From the NCBI RefSeq assembly GCF_001194135.2, contig NC_068983.1:68402997-68466996 (forward strand): DNA of 64,000 nucleotides. Direction: 5' to 3'. This stretch comes from Octopus bimaculoides. Taxonomy: Eukaryota. The translations under genes were made by a program, and so were the position numbers. Shown here one piece after another: positions 39,061 to 52,559 of the stretch. The stretch's first letter is position 1; each line of letters opens with the position of its first letter. Under the pieces are notes generated by a model. That model was not told the origin of the DNA. It did no database searches and saw only the letters and a program-made list of their open reading frames with translations.

Positions 39061-39727
39061 CAAATTACAAATCTGTTGAAGATTGGGAGAAGAAATTCCA
39101 AATGAGAAAACAAAATTACCTGGCAAAAACCAAAGTTTTAGTTAGTAGGAAAAAAATACAGGGTGGTACGGCTATCTGGGAAGTGACCATGTTCAATATG
39201 CAGAAAAGGACAAAGTTAGAATTCCATATTGTGTACCTAATGTGAAGTGGGTCCACAAAAATTGTGTTAGAATCATGAGTAAGCTGACAGAGAAGACTTC
39301 ATTTGTGACAGATGCCTAGGAGTAATTAAAAGGAAGATCACCTATGAATTCAAATCTTTCAAATGCTGGGAAGGCTCCATATAAACAGTTGACAACACCT
39401 TTTACCCAGATGACCTAATTATTGGTGAAAATGATGGCTCTGAAAACAAAATAGCTAGAGGGGAAGACAGGTTGGGAAAAGTTTAGGAAACTTTTATCTC
39501 CACTGACAGTTAAAAAATTCTCTCTCTCTCTCAGTGAAGGGCAGATCTTATGATGCATGTATACAATGTTGCATAATGGAAAAACATGGACTTTGAGTGC
39601 AGATGATGTGTGAAGGATGGTTAAAATTAGAGGAACATGTTCCACTGGATGTGCACTGTTAATATGCATTAACCAGTAGCACAAATGAACTAAGAGAAAT
39701 TTGGGTAGAAGAGGAATCAGAAGTAGT

Positions 39728-39951
39728 TATTTCTTTATTGCCCACAGGGGACTAAACATAGAGGGGACAAACAAGAAGAGACAAAAGGGTTACATCGACT
39801 CCAGTGCATAACTGGTACTTAATTTATCGACCCCGAAAGGATGAAAGGCAAAGTTGACCTCGGCGGAATTTGAACTCAGAACGTAGTGGCAGACAAAATA
39901 CCACTAAGCATTTCGCCCGGCGTGCTAACGCTTCTGCCAGCTCGCCGCCTT
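39728..39951 (-). mobile_element. Young full-length tRNA-derived SINE (family B, tail type 2)
   Basis: Head AAGGCGGCGAGCTGGCAGAAGCG, B-box GAGTTCAAATTC, about a dozen intact CpGs. 20-bp TSD GAAGAGGAATCAGA(A/G)GTAGT at 39708-39727 and 39952-39971. Confidence 0.92.
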
Positions 39952-39976
39952 GAAGAGGAATCAGAGGTAGTGTGTG

Positions 39977-40200
39977 CAAGAAACTGAGCCAATACAGTTA
40001 AGCAATGTTTATGAAGCATGACAGTTGGGTAAAGAATTGTCAAATGCTCTAATGAAAGAACTTGCAAAAGAGGAAGGCATAAAAAGAAGTAGGGACAACT
40101 AATCTCAAGGTGCTGACCCTTATGAAGGAGATGACAAATGACAGTCATAAGCAGTGGGATGCTGTGCTGGAGAAGACTCATCCAATACATGCAAGTATAG
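39977..40200 (+). mobile_element. RTE LINE extreme C-terminal fragment
   Basis: Nucleotide similarity to the 12730-12870 coding end (gatgctgtgctggagaagactca). Confidence 0.55.
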
Positions 40201-40830
40201 GAGAAACATACAAAAATGATAATATGAGTGTGTGTGTGCGTGTACGCATTTCACACAAACACGCATGCACACAAAGCAGTTGACGGTAGAACTGTTAATG
40301 TCATAAAAATACTGTCACGCTCTACCAGGACACATCTATGCAAAACACACTAGTTTCACAAGGATGACAGAGATTCCACACACACACAGAGACAAAGGTA
40401 TATTTCCAAGACAAAGCAAAATACATCCCAATGCAAATATCCGTTTATATGATTCAAATTCTGCCAAGATCAACTTTGCCTTTCATCCTTCTGGGATCAA
40501 TAAAAAGAAATACTTTAGAAAGCATTTAAATACAGGAGTTAAATTTAACTGACTACAAATCAGACTGGAATCCTTAAGGCAACCCAACATTTTCTTCAAC
40601 TTAGTCCAGATACTGATGCCAAGCTGTTCATCCCTTACCCATTCCTTACATAATATCAATGGTGTGGACAGAAGAGTCTGGGTGTATGACCAACTACTAG
40701 TCTTTCATACAATTTTGTCCTGTCCTGTACTCTGGAAAAGATATTCAAATATTGTCTCACCATGATCTACCAACACATCCTGATGCAAATCTTTCTAGAT
40801 ACAAACCCAGTCTCACAAGGATATCAAAGA

Positions 40831-40886
<56 letters not shown>

Positions 40887-41899
40887 TTCCTGCAGGTGTT
40901 AGCCTGCAACAGTTATTTAAAAGGAGCATTAATGAAAAAAAAAGGTAATGGTATATTTTTAAGGCACAAATCGAAATATATCTCAATGGAAATATCAGTT
41001 TAGATAATGGATAAAGTGTACAATGTTAAAAATGGAGCTGGCATAAGTTATACATTTCACTAATACACTAATATACCAGTTATTAAAATTTCTTCATCAT
41101 ATAATGTCTACTTTTTGTCATCTGTACTAGTTGTGTACATGCTTGATACTTGCTGACTTCCTGTACCAGGATCTTTTCGGATCATACCACCCTATATATA
41201 TTTGAGTCTGCATGAATCACTATTCTGATTTTTTTTTTCTCTTTTTCTTGACCTGCCCAAGGAATGAACCAAGAAAATTCAAATAGTAACTCTCTTTGAA
41301 TGGACAGACTCAGCTTTGAATGGACGTTTTTCCTCTCTACCTAACGATATTGAGTGCATTTTTTGCTTAATTTCAGTTTATACTAGCATGAACAAATGAT
41401 CGACTTTCTCTCTCTCTCCCTCTCTTGAAATAACTCAAATTTGTCAATGACATGAATTTGTATACATGATAAAGTGATGTGCTGAATGCATAAAATCCTA
41501 ATTAAATGGAGAAACAAAATAATAAAAAAATACTAGCAGCAATTGTTAGAAACCCTTAAAGAATCAGTTATTTGATTAGTTAAAATTGATTTTGCCTGTC
41601 CTACATATGTAATTCTTTTTAAATGGAAAAAAATTCAGTGGTGGGGGAGGAGGAACAGGATTCTATTTGTGTAAGAATGAGGATCTGTGGATTATTTTAA
41701 GGTTGGAGAAAACAACAGAAAAGTATTTGGATGAGGGGGAGCCTGAACCACTCTCGAGTTGCAAGCTGCTAACTAGATGACAATGACATAACATTGCTGA
41801 AAAATATGATGATGTGTAACATGACAAATTTATTGGTTAAATTAGTCATACATACTCAGCTGAGTCAACAGGGAACCCTGCAAATTGAACTGAGAAGAC

Positions 41900-44227
41900 A
41901 TGTGGTCTTTTATATTTACTATAAAGCGAGAGTTATTGTTTAACCCCAGATGAGACGAATGATGATTAAAGGCGTTTCAGTTAATGATCATCAGGTCTTT
42001 TCTCTTGTTTATAATATAACGTGTCCTTTCTTTTTAAAACAGTAGTGCGTGATTTGAAGATTTGACTGCTATTTCGAGTAGGTTGGATAAATAAAGCTAC
42101 TGTTATTTATTAGATCCTGTGAGTGCGAAACAATTTATTTACAATTTTAACATATAAAGAAGAAAAAAGTGTGTACGTGTGTGTGATGGAGTCATTAGTA
42201 TCGAACCGTGAAGTCCATTAAGGATTTAGTTCGTGACAATTTACTTAATATGAGTGTTAACATATTTATGTTGATAACAGCACTTAGTATTATTTGAAGA
42301 ATGATTTAAGAAGAGCACTTAAAGATATAGATTAGCTGAGAGTAGACAGACGAATTTGTATTCACATCGTACGAACATAATAGAGTTTTAGAAACTGCTA
42401 TAGAACATAGGTTAGTTTAGACTTTGAAGTATGTGGTTCCATATCTTTATAGCACTGAGATAATCCCCCCCCCTCCCCTCTCACGAGAAATAATTTCTTT
42501 ACTATTCTCGGTAATATATCACTTGTTTACACATGTATATTAAATAGTAAAGAAGGGAAAATACGGTGACAGTGGATTTCTGTCTTTTAAAAATTAAAAA
42601 AAAAGGCTTGTATGTATAAAGTTTGTACTGGGAATCAGTAGTTTAGACAAAAATTGGATATCTAACATACTCCCTGGACTAGCTACAAGACTGGTTTTAT
42701 AAAAAATGGAGAAGTTGATAAATTTCAATGTATTAACTGCTATTTATTTTATTGACTTCAGAACAAAAATGATGTTTGCAGTATTTGTATTTTGACTGTA
42801 CAGCGACGAGAGTAAGTTATGTTAGGTCACTCCCAGCACTAAAATGTAAAATGTGGTGTGGCTATTCTTCGAAGAACGAGATGACTACTACTGTTTGTCT
42901 TCTCTTCAATTACTAGTGAATGTCAAGCAAGAAACAAATAAAAAATTGCCCTCTTTTCGGAAGAGGGTCAAACGAGTGTGCCACGAAGTTGAAAATATTT
43001 TTCTAGCCTGTCGTGAGCAGAAACTTCCTCCTCTTTCCAGCCTCTGCAATGACGAGTGTGTTGACATCAATTTCGTGTAGCATCAACTGCGTTGTTATAA
43101 CAGTAATTACTACTGCTACATGAATTATTGTTAGGGCAATGGTTCGGCCGAAGAGGCAGGACTAAAATGCTTTGTAGAATTTTGTTACGAGCACTTAGTG
43201 AGTTCAAATTCTGCGAAAGTTAACTTTGACTTTCATCCTTCCGAGATCCATAAAATAAGCACAAGACAAACGACTTTTCCCACTCCTTAAAATTTCCGGT
43301 CTATTAATTTTATTACCGAAGAAAAAATACGATGTAATAGCAGAAACGGTAACCTGCTAGAATAAATTCCTTGTGGTACTTAGTTTCGTCCTGTCTTCAA
43401 AACCAAGAGAGGTCGACTTGGTCTTTCACTCCTTTTAAATCAATAAAAATAAGAAGTAACAGTAATACACGGAGTCGATTTCATCAACTGCACCCTCTCC
43501 AAATGTGTTTCCTTACATGAGCGTTAGAATTTCTTTCTTACTACACTTATTTCGCCTAGTCAAATATCACTGAAAATAACTAGGATAAATGCGAGCCACT
43601 TTCGTGTCTGAACTAAAACCATTTCATTGATGTCATTAATATTCTTGGAGCAAAGCATATACAGTCAAGCTACCTCATTTTCTCGTCCCCAATAAATTCA
43701 AGGGGTTGTACCCAATAAAACATCTAAGGCAGTGACCCAATTTCGAAAGAAGAAAGTCACAACCCCTCCCCCTATTACTATTCTTCCAATATATATATAC
43801 ATATCAGATTTTATGTCTATGAAGAAAAAATAAATAAGATTTTATCTACGAAGATTTAATGGCTTAGAAAATATATTTGCAAGATGTAAGATACAAACAT
43901 GAAATAGATTCTCATTTCTGGTAATAATACACCCAGCAGGTTGGTGGCTGCTAATAAAGAAGTTGCCAGTCTGTGGTTTGTCAATTCCGTAGCATTGAGG
44001 ATTGGTTATGATATCATAAACATTTCATTACACATCTTTTTTTATTAAAAACCGACGGATAATTCGATAACTTGTAATAAATAAAAGTAAAATTTAGAAG
44101 AAAAAAAACACAATTGACGTCATTCGATATGGTAAAGTTATAGATGTGCCACTTCTCTCTGATGGCTGTATCGAAAATCTGATTAAAAAGCAAATGATAC
44201 GTGTTTGTGTATGTGTGTGTATGTATG

Positions 44228-44259
<32 letters not shown>

Positions 44260-45400
44260 TATTAATGATGGCAGCAGATAATGTTGATAATGCAAAATCT
44301 AACGCAGTGGGGGAAAGGGTGCCCGGCCCACAAGTTTCAAAGACGCGCAACACGGGCATGTCAGTTCGCCTACGCATTGAGTGAGATGATGATGCATCAT
44401 AATACCATTTACAGTCACAGCTGGCACCACTATACGGAGGTACGCACTGCGAGAACAACGTCGACCTATTTATTTATCTTAGTATATAACTGATGAAGCT
44501 GAAGAGTTTACCAGACTAAAAACACTTTAGATATAAATATGATTGAAGACAAGGCTTACTATGCAAATGAGAATCCTATATTTTTTTTTCCAGGAGACAT
44601 GCGAGAAATAAAAACCAAAACAATACACTAACTTACGAACTGTGACTAGAGTAACAACATTGGAAGAAGAAAAACTGTAGACGTAAACAAATAAGAGAGA
44701 AGTTTAAATACAGCCGTTCTATATTCAAATGAAACAAATAAAGATACTCAAGATATTTGTCTTTATAAACAATACAAACATGGTTGGTTAGTTTTTTGTT
44801 GCTTTTTCTTTTTCCTGTCTGGGACAGTTCCAATCATATTCTACATTATATTCTAGCATTATAGAAATTAATTATTGCTAGGCATATGGCACAATAAAAA
44901 AATTCAGTCTTCATTCATGCATATATGCTACAATAAATTATTATTTCGATGCTTATAATAAACGTATAAAGCTGCGCTGTGAAGATGGGGTTCAGCCGAG
45001 GGTAATAAGGCGTTATCTGTTGCTAGAATTCATTATTCAAACATGCTGTGAACGGGGTAAAAAATATCTTTATTCACTGAGGGGTCTTGGGCATGGAGTG
45101 AGCAAATAGTTTAGTAACGATATTTATGTAAACTACGTTAACAAAATCACCTCGCAAGTTTCTTGCATCAACAAACATGATCTACTTACTACTCTTACAC
45201 TGAGCAATTGCATTGTGGTAAGAGTTCTATCAACCATTTAGAACATACTGTACAGTATGTATTCATGTCTGTGTGTGTGTGCCAGTGCATGCATGAATGC
45301 ATTAGGGAGTAACAAGTTCATAAAACCGTGGTGAAGTCACACAGATTAAAGAACTAAAAGCTGTCTGTCAATACGTTTAACCCTTTAGCATTCAGATTAC
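41900..45400. promoter_or_regulatory. CpG-retaining domain; probable promoter region upstream of the CM1 gene
   Basis: Hand count: 16 CpG in 42781-43260 versus 2 in 34201-34680 and 1 in 50401-50880. The densest patch is 44281-44465 (12 CpG), with Inr-like TCAGTT at 44361 (+) and 44493 (-). Confidence 0.5.
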
Positions 45401-45494
45401 TTTGTCAAATGTAATGCTATTGGCATAAATGTTAGTTTTTATCAGCTCAGCCTTAGAAAGCCTTGTGTGAATCTTAAAATAATAGTATATGGGA

Positions 45495-46060
45495 TAACTT
45501 TGAAAAACATTTCCTTCAAGTATCTTGGTTGCATGTTAAACAGGGATGCAAAATCTTGATGACAAAACTGTGCACAGAATTTAGAAATCATGGATGTCAA
45601 TTGGAAAATTTCAATCTACACTGTGGTTTCAAATATATATAAAAACATGATACTAAACAATCTATTTTCGAAACAAGCATTTTGCCTATTTTGTTGTATG
45701 GCTGTGAAATATAGTCATTATAGTCAAAGCATGTTTTAAACATGATGATGCATTGAAACTCTCCTGCAATGCAAACTGAGATGGACAAACCATATGTTTG
45801 TATGGAAGATAAAAGAATTCAAGAGCTTCTACTCTGTGGAGAATTATGTTCTGGGGAAAAGATCCCCTTACAAACCAATGTTAAGATACAAGGACTGCTT
45901 TAAAGTTGATCTGAAAAAAGAAAGGACCATATTTATGTGGGATATTGATAAAAAAAAAATTACAATTGATAGGGTACCATGGAGAAACAAAAATATACTC
46001 AAGACATTTAATCAATTTGAAGAGAATTACATTAAAAATGCAAATTTGAAATTAAATGCT
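45495..46060 (+). mobile_element. RTE-clade LINE RT C-terminal fragment (a different subfamily)
   Basis: FKYLGCML, ILLYGCE, KLRW..., MEDKRIQELLLCGELCSGER, RYKDCFKVDLK and DRVPWR, all frameshifted. Confidence 0.8.
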
Positions 46061-47461
46061 AGGAAAGGAAACCTCCACAGATATCACTAATCCTTTCAAA
46101 TGTTGAACCTGTAAGGCTAGTCTTGTTAACCATTCAAATATACATGAACTAAGATGAAACACCTGAAAGCTAAAAGAATAAATGTGTACCAATGATTTAA
46201 TAAATGCTATCTTTCTGTTGGTTATCTGGAGATACCAAATGACATGATTCTGTATTGCATTTAACAGACAAGAGACATGTAACAGCTATGGTAAAAGCTG
46301 GATATCATCAGTTGGATTAAAAAGTGATCTTTTCTTTGCAGTTCATTAACAAACAATGGTCATATTTGTTATTAGACCAACTTCCATCACATACACAAAC
46401 GCATTTAATATAAACTATTTCTGTAACCAAACCCTCACCTGTTGTGAAGCAAAGTAATATTTCTCTCTAAGGTCAGACATGTTTTTATAGAAGAGTGAAA
46501 ATGAATGATATTTCTTGCATGTCATAACTATCATGCAATGACAAGACAAAAATCCAACACACACAAGATTTTGGTTGGCCTGGGGCTATAGTGAAAGATA
46601 CTTGCCCAAATCACAACAGTGGGACTGAATCTGAAATCACATGGTTGACCATGTATTTCCCAACTACATGGCTCTGGGTTCAGTCACATTGCCTAGCACT
46701 CGAGCAAATGTTTTCTGTTATAGCCCTGAGCCAGGCAATACTCTGTGAGTGGATTTGATAGACAAAAAGAAAAAAAAAAAATGAAGAAGCCCGCTGTATG
46801 TCATTATTTTGCATGCAGTGTCTTTCATTTCCAATATTCTGTAAAAACATCTAGTCATGGGGAAATATTGCTTTATTTGGAAATAGGTGAGGGATGCCAA
46901 CAAGAAGCGCATCCAGCTGTTAGATAATCTGTCCCAATAAATTCCATCAGACTCATGCACGCATGAAAAAGTGGACATTAAAACAATGATGATGATACAC
47001 ACACACACACATATAGTTTTCATTCAGGTTGCAAAAAAAAACAAGAACAATTTACTTTTGTGTTAGAAGCAAACAGAGTCTTAATATATACCTGCCGTAT
47101 GTGAAGTAAATACATATCTGAACAAAGGTTTCATCTAATTATTTTTTTCATCAGTTGCAAACACCAATTTTCTGATATTGTTACTGTTTAGTCCTAAAGT
47201 TGGACCTGACTGAACAGACTTATGATCAAAGCATGACCTTCCTGTCTTATGTTCAGGAATAGTGAAGTACTCCAGACTACACTTTCCAATGTGTCCTTCT
47301 TCAAAATGATAGGCTGAGGTTTGAAAGAGATTTGGCTCCCAACTCTAGTATAGCTCAGGTGAATATGTACATAGTGGCTCTCTGATGTAACCCAAAGAAA
47401 CCATTTGGACAACAGATATGTAATTCTCTTAGAATTTTATGATATAATTGACAAATGTGTG

Positions 47462-48300
47462 TACATGGTCTGATCAATAAGTACCTGAACTGTTGCCATG
47501 GTAACGAAGCTAAACCACGCAGAGTAAAGCCGTTTGGCAAAGATTGACCGTAAACTCTACTGTGCAGGTGCACTAATTTTTAACATTCTAGCTCACTTCC
47601 ACTGTTTACAGCAGTGCTTGGAAGGAAGGTTTGTAGCATGTGGTTATTGCATTGACCATGACAGAGAACGTTGAGCAGAGAGGCCTACACAAAGTTTTCA
47701 AACAGTTTTCATCGTTCTCAACACAAGGAGATCTTGTGCAACTGAAACCTGAATGTCATTTTGGTCAACTGAAAGCAGTTTTGGCACAAACATGGCAGAC
47801 ACACGTCTCATTCCCAAATCTTCAGTGATAATGGACTGAACTGAACAGTAACTAATCTGCACATCCTCTGATAACTCATGGATGGTGATTTGACGATTTC
47901 CCCTCACAGTTGCATGCACACCTGTGATGTTTTTCTCAGTTCTGCTGGTTCTGGGACTCCCAGAACGTTTGTCAATATCGACATTTTTTCAGCCATCTTA
48001 GAAACATCTGAACCACTTGTATATTTGTGTGCGGCTCATGCACTCCTCTTCATACACTTTCTGAAACTTTGAGCAAGTATCACTATGACAACTTTTTCTG
48101 TCGTGATCAATGCAATGATCACACACTACACACCTTCCTTCCAAGCACTGCTGTAAACAGCAGAAGTGAGCTAGAATGTTAAAACTTAGTGCACATGCAC
48201 AACAAAGTTCAAGGTCACTCTTTGCCCAGTGGCTTTACTCTACAAGCTTTAGCTTTGCTACTATGGCAACAGTTCAGATACTTATTGATCAGACCTCATA
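47462..48300. mobile_element. Non-autonomous mariner derivative built from two inverted 5' ends
   Basis: 47462-47673 and 48090-48300 are inverted copies of about 210 bp, both TA-bounded. A minus-strand transposase fragment reads ITIHELSEDVQISYCSVQSIITEDLGMRRVSAMFVPKLL. The plus arm starts its own ORF, MTENVEQR. Confidence 0.88.
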
Positions 48301-48447
48301 TGTGTCTGTGCATGTAGATATGTATATATGTGTGTATATTTATATACATATTTATGTAAAATATCTATAGTTCATTAAATTCAAACCTATTTACAAATAA
48401 ATCAATAACATGCTTTGCGTGTGTGTGTGTGTGTGTGCACGCGCAGT

Positions 48448-49445
48448 TTAACTTGAAGGTGGGAATCCATGAAGGTTCAGTCTTCTATTCATCATAGTCC
48501 TATAGACTGTCACAAATGAGTTTAAGGCTGACTGTCCATGGGAACTCCGACATGCTAATGACCAAGTTCTCATATCTGAATCTATAGAGGAACTAGAAGA
48601 CATTCCAGGCATGGAAGCTAAACTAAGAATCAAAGTAAACTTAGCAAAGATAAAGGTTTAAGTAGTACAGAAGATAGGACCCTGGTATTTTCAGGGAAAT
48701 GGTCTTGCTTGATATGCAGAAAAGATATAAACTTCATACACTGTACCTATGTAAGCTATGGACCCACAAGAAATGTGGAATCATAGGCAGACTAATAGAG
48801 AAAGTAAGTTTATGTGACAGATACACTAGAGCAGTATGTACTATGAGTCCACAAGAAACAAATTCTCTTAAATGCTCAGATGGCTCACTAGAAGTAAGCA
48901 ATAGCTTTTTTCAAACCAGGAAATGTAATTAACAAGAGAAACAGTTGCTCAAAAGCATAGTAACTAGAGTAGGAATAGGTTCAAAAAAGTTCAGGAGGCT
49001 TCTACCACTGCTAGCAACAAAGATCTTTTCCCTCAGAGTGAAGAGCAGATTTGTATGATGCTTGTGTATGGTGCTGCATGGTAGTAAAACATGGGTCATG
49101 AGTGCTTGAGAAGACTGGAAAGAAATCAAGGTAGCATACTCTGTTGTATGTGCAATGTTAGTGTGCATGTATGACATTGAGAAACAAACTGAGCATAAGA
49201 GGAATTCAGATGTAGTATGCAAGAAAGAAGAATGCACAGCTATGGACATGTCATGTGTATGGATGATGACAGCTGTACGAAGAAGTACTAATCACATGAT
49301 GTGGATGGAGCTGGCAGAGGAGGGAGACACAGAAAGACATGGGACAAAGTGGTGAAGGCTGATCTCTAGACCCTGAACCTCATGGAAGACATAACAAAGG
49401 ACTTAGATGACAGGCAATATGTGGTTCTCAAGAAGACTCACCTAC
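48448..49445 (+). mobile_element. RTE LINE reverse transcriptase fragment with a PHD-like Cys/His insert
   Basis: KVGIHEGS (approx. GVHQGS), LLFIIVL, CPWELRHAND (approx. ELLYADD), KVNLAKIKV, then GKWSCLICRK...CKLWTHKKC, VLHGSKTW and the 3' coding end. Confidence 0.85.
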
Positions 49446-49499
49446 CTCAACAAAACTTAGATTCTAGATACTTGAAGCACAATGCATATATATTTATGC

Positions 49500-51300
49500 A
49501 CAAATGGGTACCCTACCCACTGCATTCCCACTATCCACCATGTCTCTAACTGTATTATTCTGCTGTTGTAATTTAATATGAGCTGAACTGTATACTTCAC
49601 CAGCTTTTCCCTGATACCACTTATCCTTCTTGCTATCTGGAATGATTTCACTTGTTATCCATCTTTCATTCTGACCATCTGCCTCAACCACCAAATTATC
49701 ACTGCTTCCACCACTATTCCTGCCCCAAACTCTTACAACTTACCCAACACATTATCTCTTCTTCTCATATCCTGGTCTCATTCTTCCCCTGCCTACAATA
49801 TCATTATCATATTATTACTCTTCTACTACCATATTTTTATAATTAAACAATTTTATACTGTGCCTGAGTGTATATGATTTTGAAACATTTTAAAACTCAA
49901 AACACAAGTAAAAATGGCTTCTCTATATTACTTCAAAATAATGGCCCTGCCCCAATTAATCTGTTAAATCAAGGGTTTATCATGTTTGTACAAGTGTGTG
50001 TATAGACAAGTAGGTATACAAATGAAAGAAAGTAGCTCTCATCTCATTTAGTTGTAGTTGTAAGAATATAATAACAGGTTGAAGCTGAGCCAAACTGTTA
50101 GTGTGTGTGTATATATATACATACACACACACACACAATAGGCATGGATATGACTGCATGATTAAATTGTCAGCTTCAAACCTGTGTGTTTAGGGATTCG
50201 GTCTCACTGCTTCGATGTTGTTAGCTAGTGCCCTATACTATAGCTCTGAGTTGAGCAATACTGAGTGAAATTTGGTAGATGGAAACCGGAAAAAATTTGT
50301 TGTATATATGAGTGTGTGTATATGTGTGCTTGACTGGATGCATATTCTTTTTGTCTTGACATGCACACACTGACAGTAAACATCCCACTGTTCATACAAA
50401 CAGTGTAATTTTGTTTCCAGTCAACTGTGTAAGTCTGACCAAACATTTAGTTGTAAACTAAAGTGTTACTGTTCACACAAACAGTAATAGTTTGTTTGTA
50501 GTCCTTAACAGAAGCATGTTCAAGCTGATTGTTTTGTGACAGACTGGGGAAATTATTACTATGCTTGGAGACAGTGGGTGTTGGTGTCAGGTAGAGCAGC
50601 CTGCTATAAGAAAATTTTTATTATAATCATTATTTTACATTCATTTTCCCATGCTTATATGGGTAGGGTGAAGCTTCTCCAAAAGTGCCTCACCATCTAT
50701 TTTGAGCCTTTGGCATTTCCTAAGGTCAGCCTTCACAACTTCTTTCATTTAGATTGCTTACCACATCTGTTATCCATAAGAACCACATATCATTACCAGT
50801 TCAATAATTTGTCTTGCAAATATCTGTGTCACTGTTCGTTACATATTCAACACATAACTGTTTCTTGATGAGTTATTTATTATCACATCCTATGGCCAAC
50901 TCTATTATTTTAATCTATCCAATGCCTACTTCACCTACCTATCACTGTTACCAATTCAGAAGAATTTTTACTTGTGTCCTTGGACTGTGGGGAGTTTGAT
51001 TGCACACAGCATATATCAATTCTTATATTCAGCACATTTTAACTCATCTCTACTCTATCTCAATAGTCTCTCAGAAAATACATTCCTTCATGCCAATGTA
51101 GCTGCTGGCAACCCTGAAGTTTTGAACCTGACAGGAAGAGGTAAGTTTCCAGTGGTGGATGGATTGTTTCAGGATCATTTCCTACATCTAAGAGGAAAGG
51201 AGTTGGTATAATCATTTGATAATGATTGAGGAGTTCTCATACATATCCAGATGTTCTCACTTGATCATTCATTTTCATTCAACTACTGTGTGCAACACAA
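49500..51300 (-). mobile_element. Fragmented RTE LINE endonuclease region (pieces at about 49500-49700 and 50770-51300)
   Basis: IRIDICCVQ resembles the APE RRIDICCVQE motif. Heavily decayed and interrupted by other repeats. Confidence 0.5.
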
Positions 51301-52142
51301 CCATGATAAGTGTCAATTCTGCATATATATTTTTCATTGTGTTTGTAATGATTTTATGGGTTGAGTGCCCTTCCTATCACCAACTAATTTACAGAATAAA
51401 CGGAGTGCATTTTATTGCACCAAGATTAAAACGTCCCCTCTACATTTTACCAGTTTTTATATAAGTTACTTTTCTCTTAGGTTACTTTTGTTGTAACTTT
51501 CAGAATCCCTGTCTATTCTATGTACACTTATTTAGAGCAATTGCTCTCTTAGATGGGTTGTCTTCTTTATGACTAAGGAATCACATTTCAAGGCACTCTA
51601 TTTATGAATGCATAGGCAATCATGTAGACACTCCTGATATTACATACTGTGCAGGAAGTTGGAGTAATTGAGGTATTTGTCAAGGTAAGGCTTTGGAGGA
51701 ATAACTGAAGTTTTGGGGGCTATGATACATGTTAATATATAGATAGGAGAAGTGTAAGACCACTACTCTGCTACTGAGCAGATGTGATTGTTAGACAGAA
51801 CAATGTTCCAACTGCATTAGATAAATAAATAATTAATATTCTTGAGGGCTCCCACCAAGAAGTAAAGAAAGAAAACTCTATAGAAAGAGAGGAAGAGAGA
51901 GAAAGAGAGGAAGAGAGAGAGAGAGAGAAAGAGAGGAAGAGAGAGAAAGATAGTGTAAATACATAATTATTGTCTTAATTTAACTTAATTCTATATCTCT
52001 AATGTTGGTTGACCATAAATATCTGTGATTATGGCCAATTACCACAATGAATATCATCAATAGAGACAAGGAAAACAGGTGATCCACCATGTGTCTCTCA
52101 TACAATGGGAGCCCCCATTAAAATAATAATAATAATAATAAT

Positions 52143-52338
52143 AGCCCAGCTATGGAAAATGAGGAAGGTGAAGATAGTACCAATTATTGTTGGGTCCTTG
52201 GGAACAGTATCAGAAGGCATCAAGGGGAATATATCAGATAGCTGAAAAAATGGATAGCATGGTACAGTAGGCTGCAGGTAGCAAGCCCACTACACATGGA
52301 AGACTCCAGGGGCTCCGACAAAACCTGTGATAAAGAGA
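52143..52338 (+). mobile_element. Short 3' end of an R4/Dong-like RLE retrotransposon inside a (TAA)n microsatellite
   Basis: AQLWKMRKVKIVPIIVGSLGTVSEGI resembles the R4-clade LWK..VVPIVIGALG motif. Flanked by (AAT)7 at 52122-52142 and (AAT)12 at 52339-52374. Confidence 0.7.
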
Positions 52339-52375
<37 letters not shown>

Positions 52376-52559
52376 GCTTATCTTCTGTATAGTTCCATGC
52401 TCCAACTTATTTCACAATCATTTCCAGTCTGTTTCTTAGCTTTTATGGCTCTATCTGCTGTGCATTTCCAACACCAAATCACTTTCAATTTAGAAAGCTG
52501 ACAATTCCAGTATATACAGGGGTATAGGTATTATGAGGAATGACAAAGCGTACTGTTGG

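Noticed and set aside
44183-44458. EGF-like CVPPYSGASCDC peptide
   Set aside because: Too few cysteines in the right spacing, and the frame runs into GA/TA repeats. A GC-rich promoter patch explains it better.
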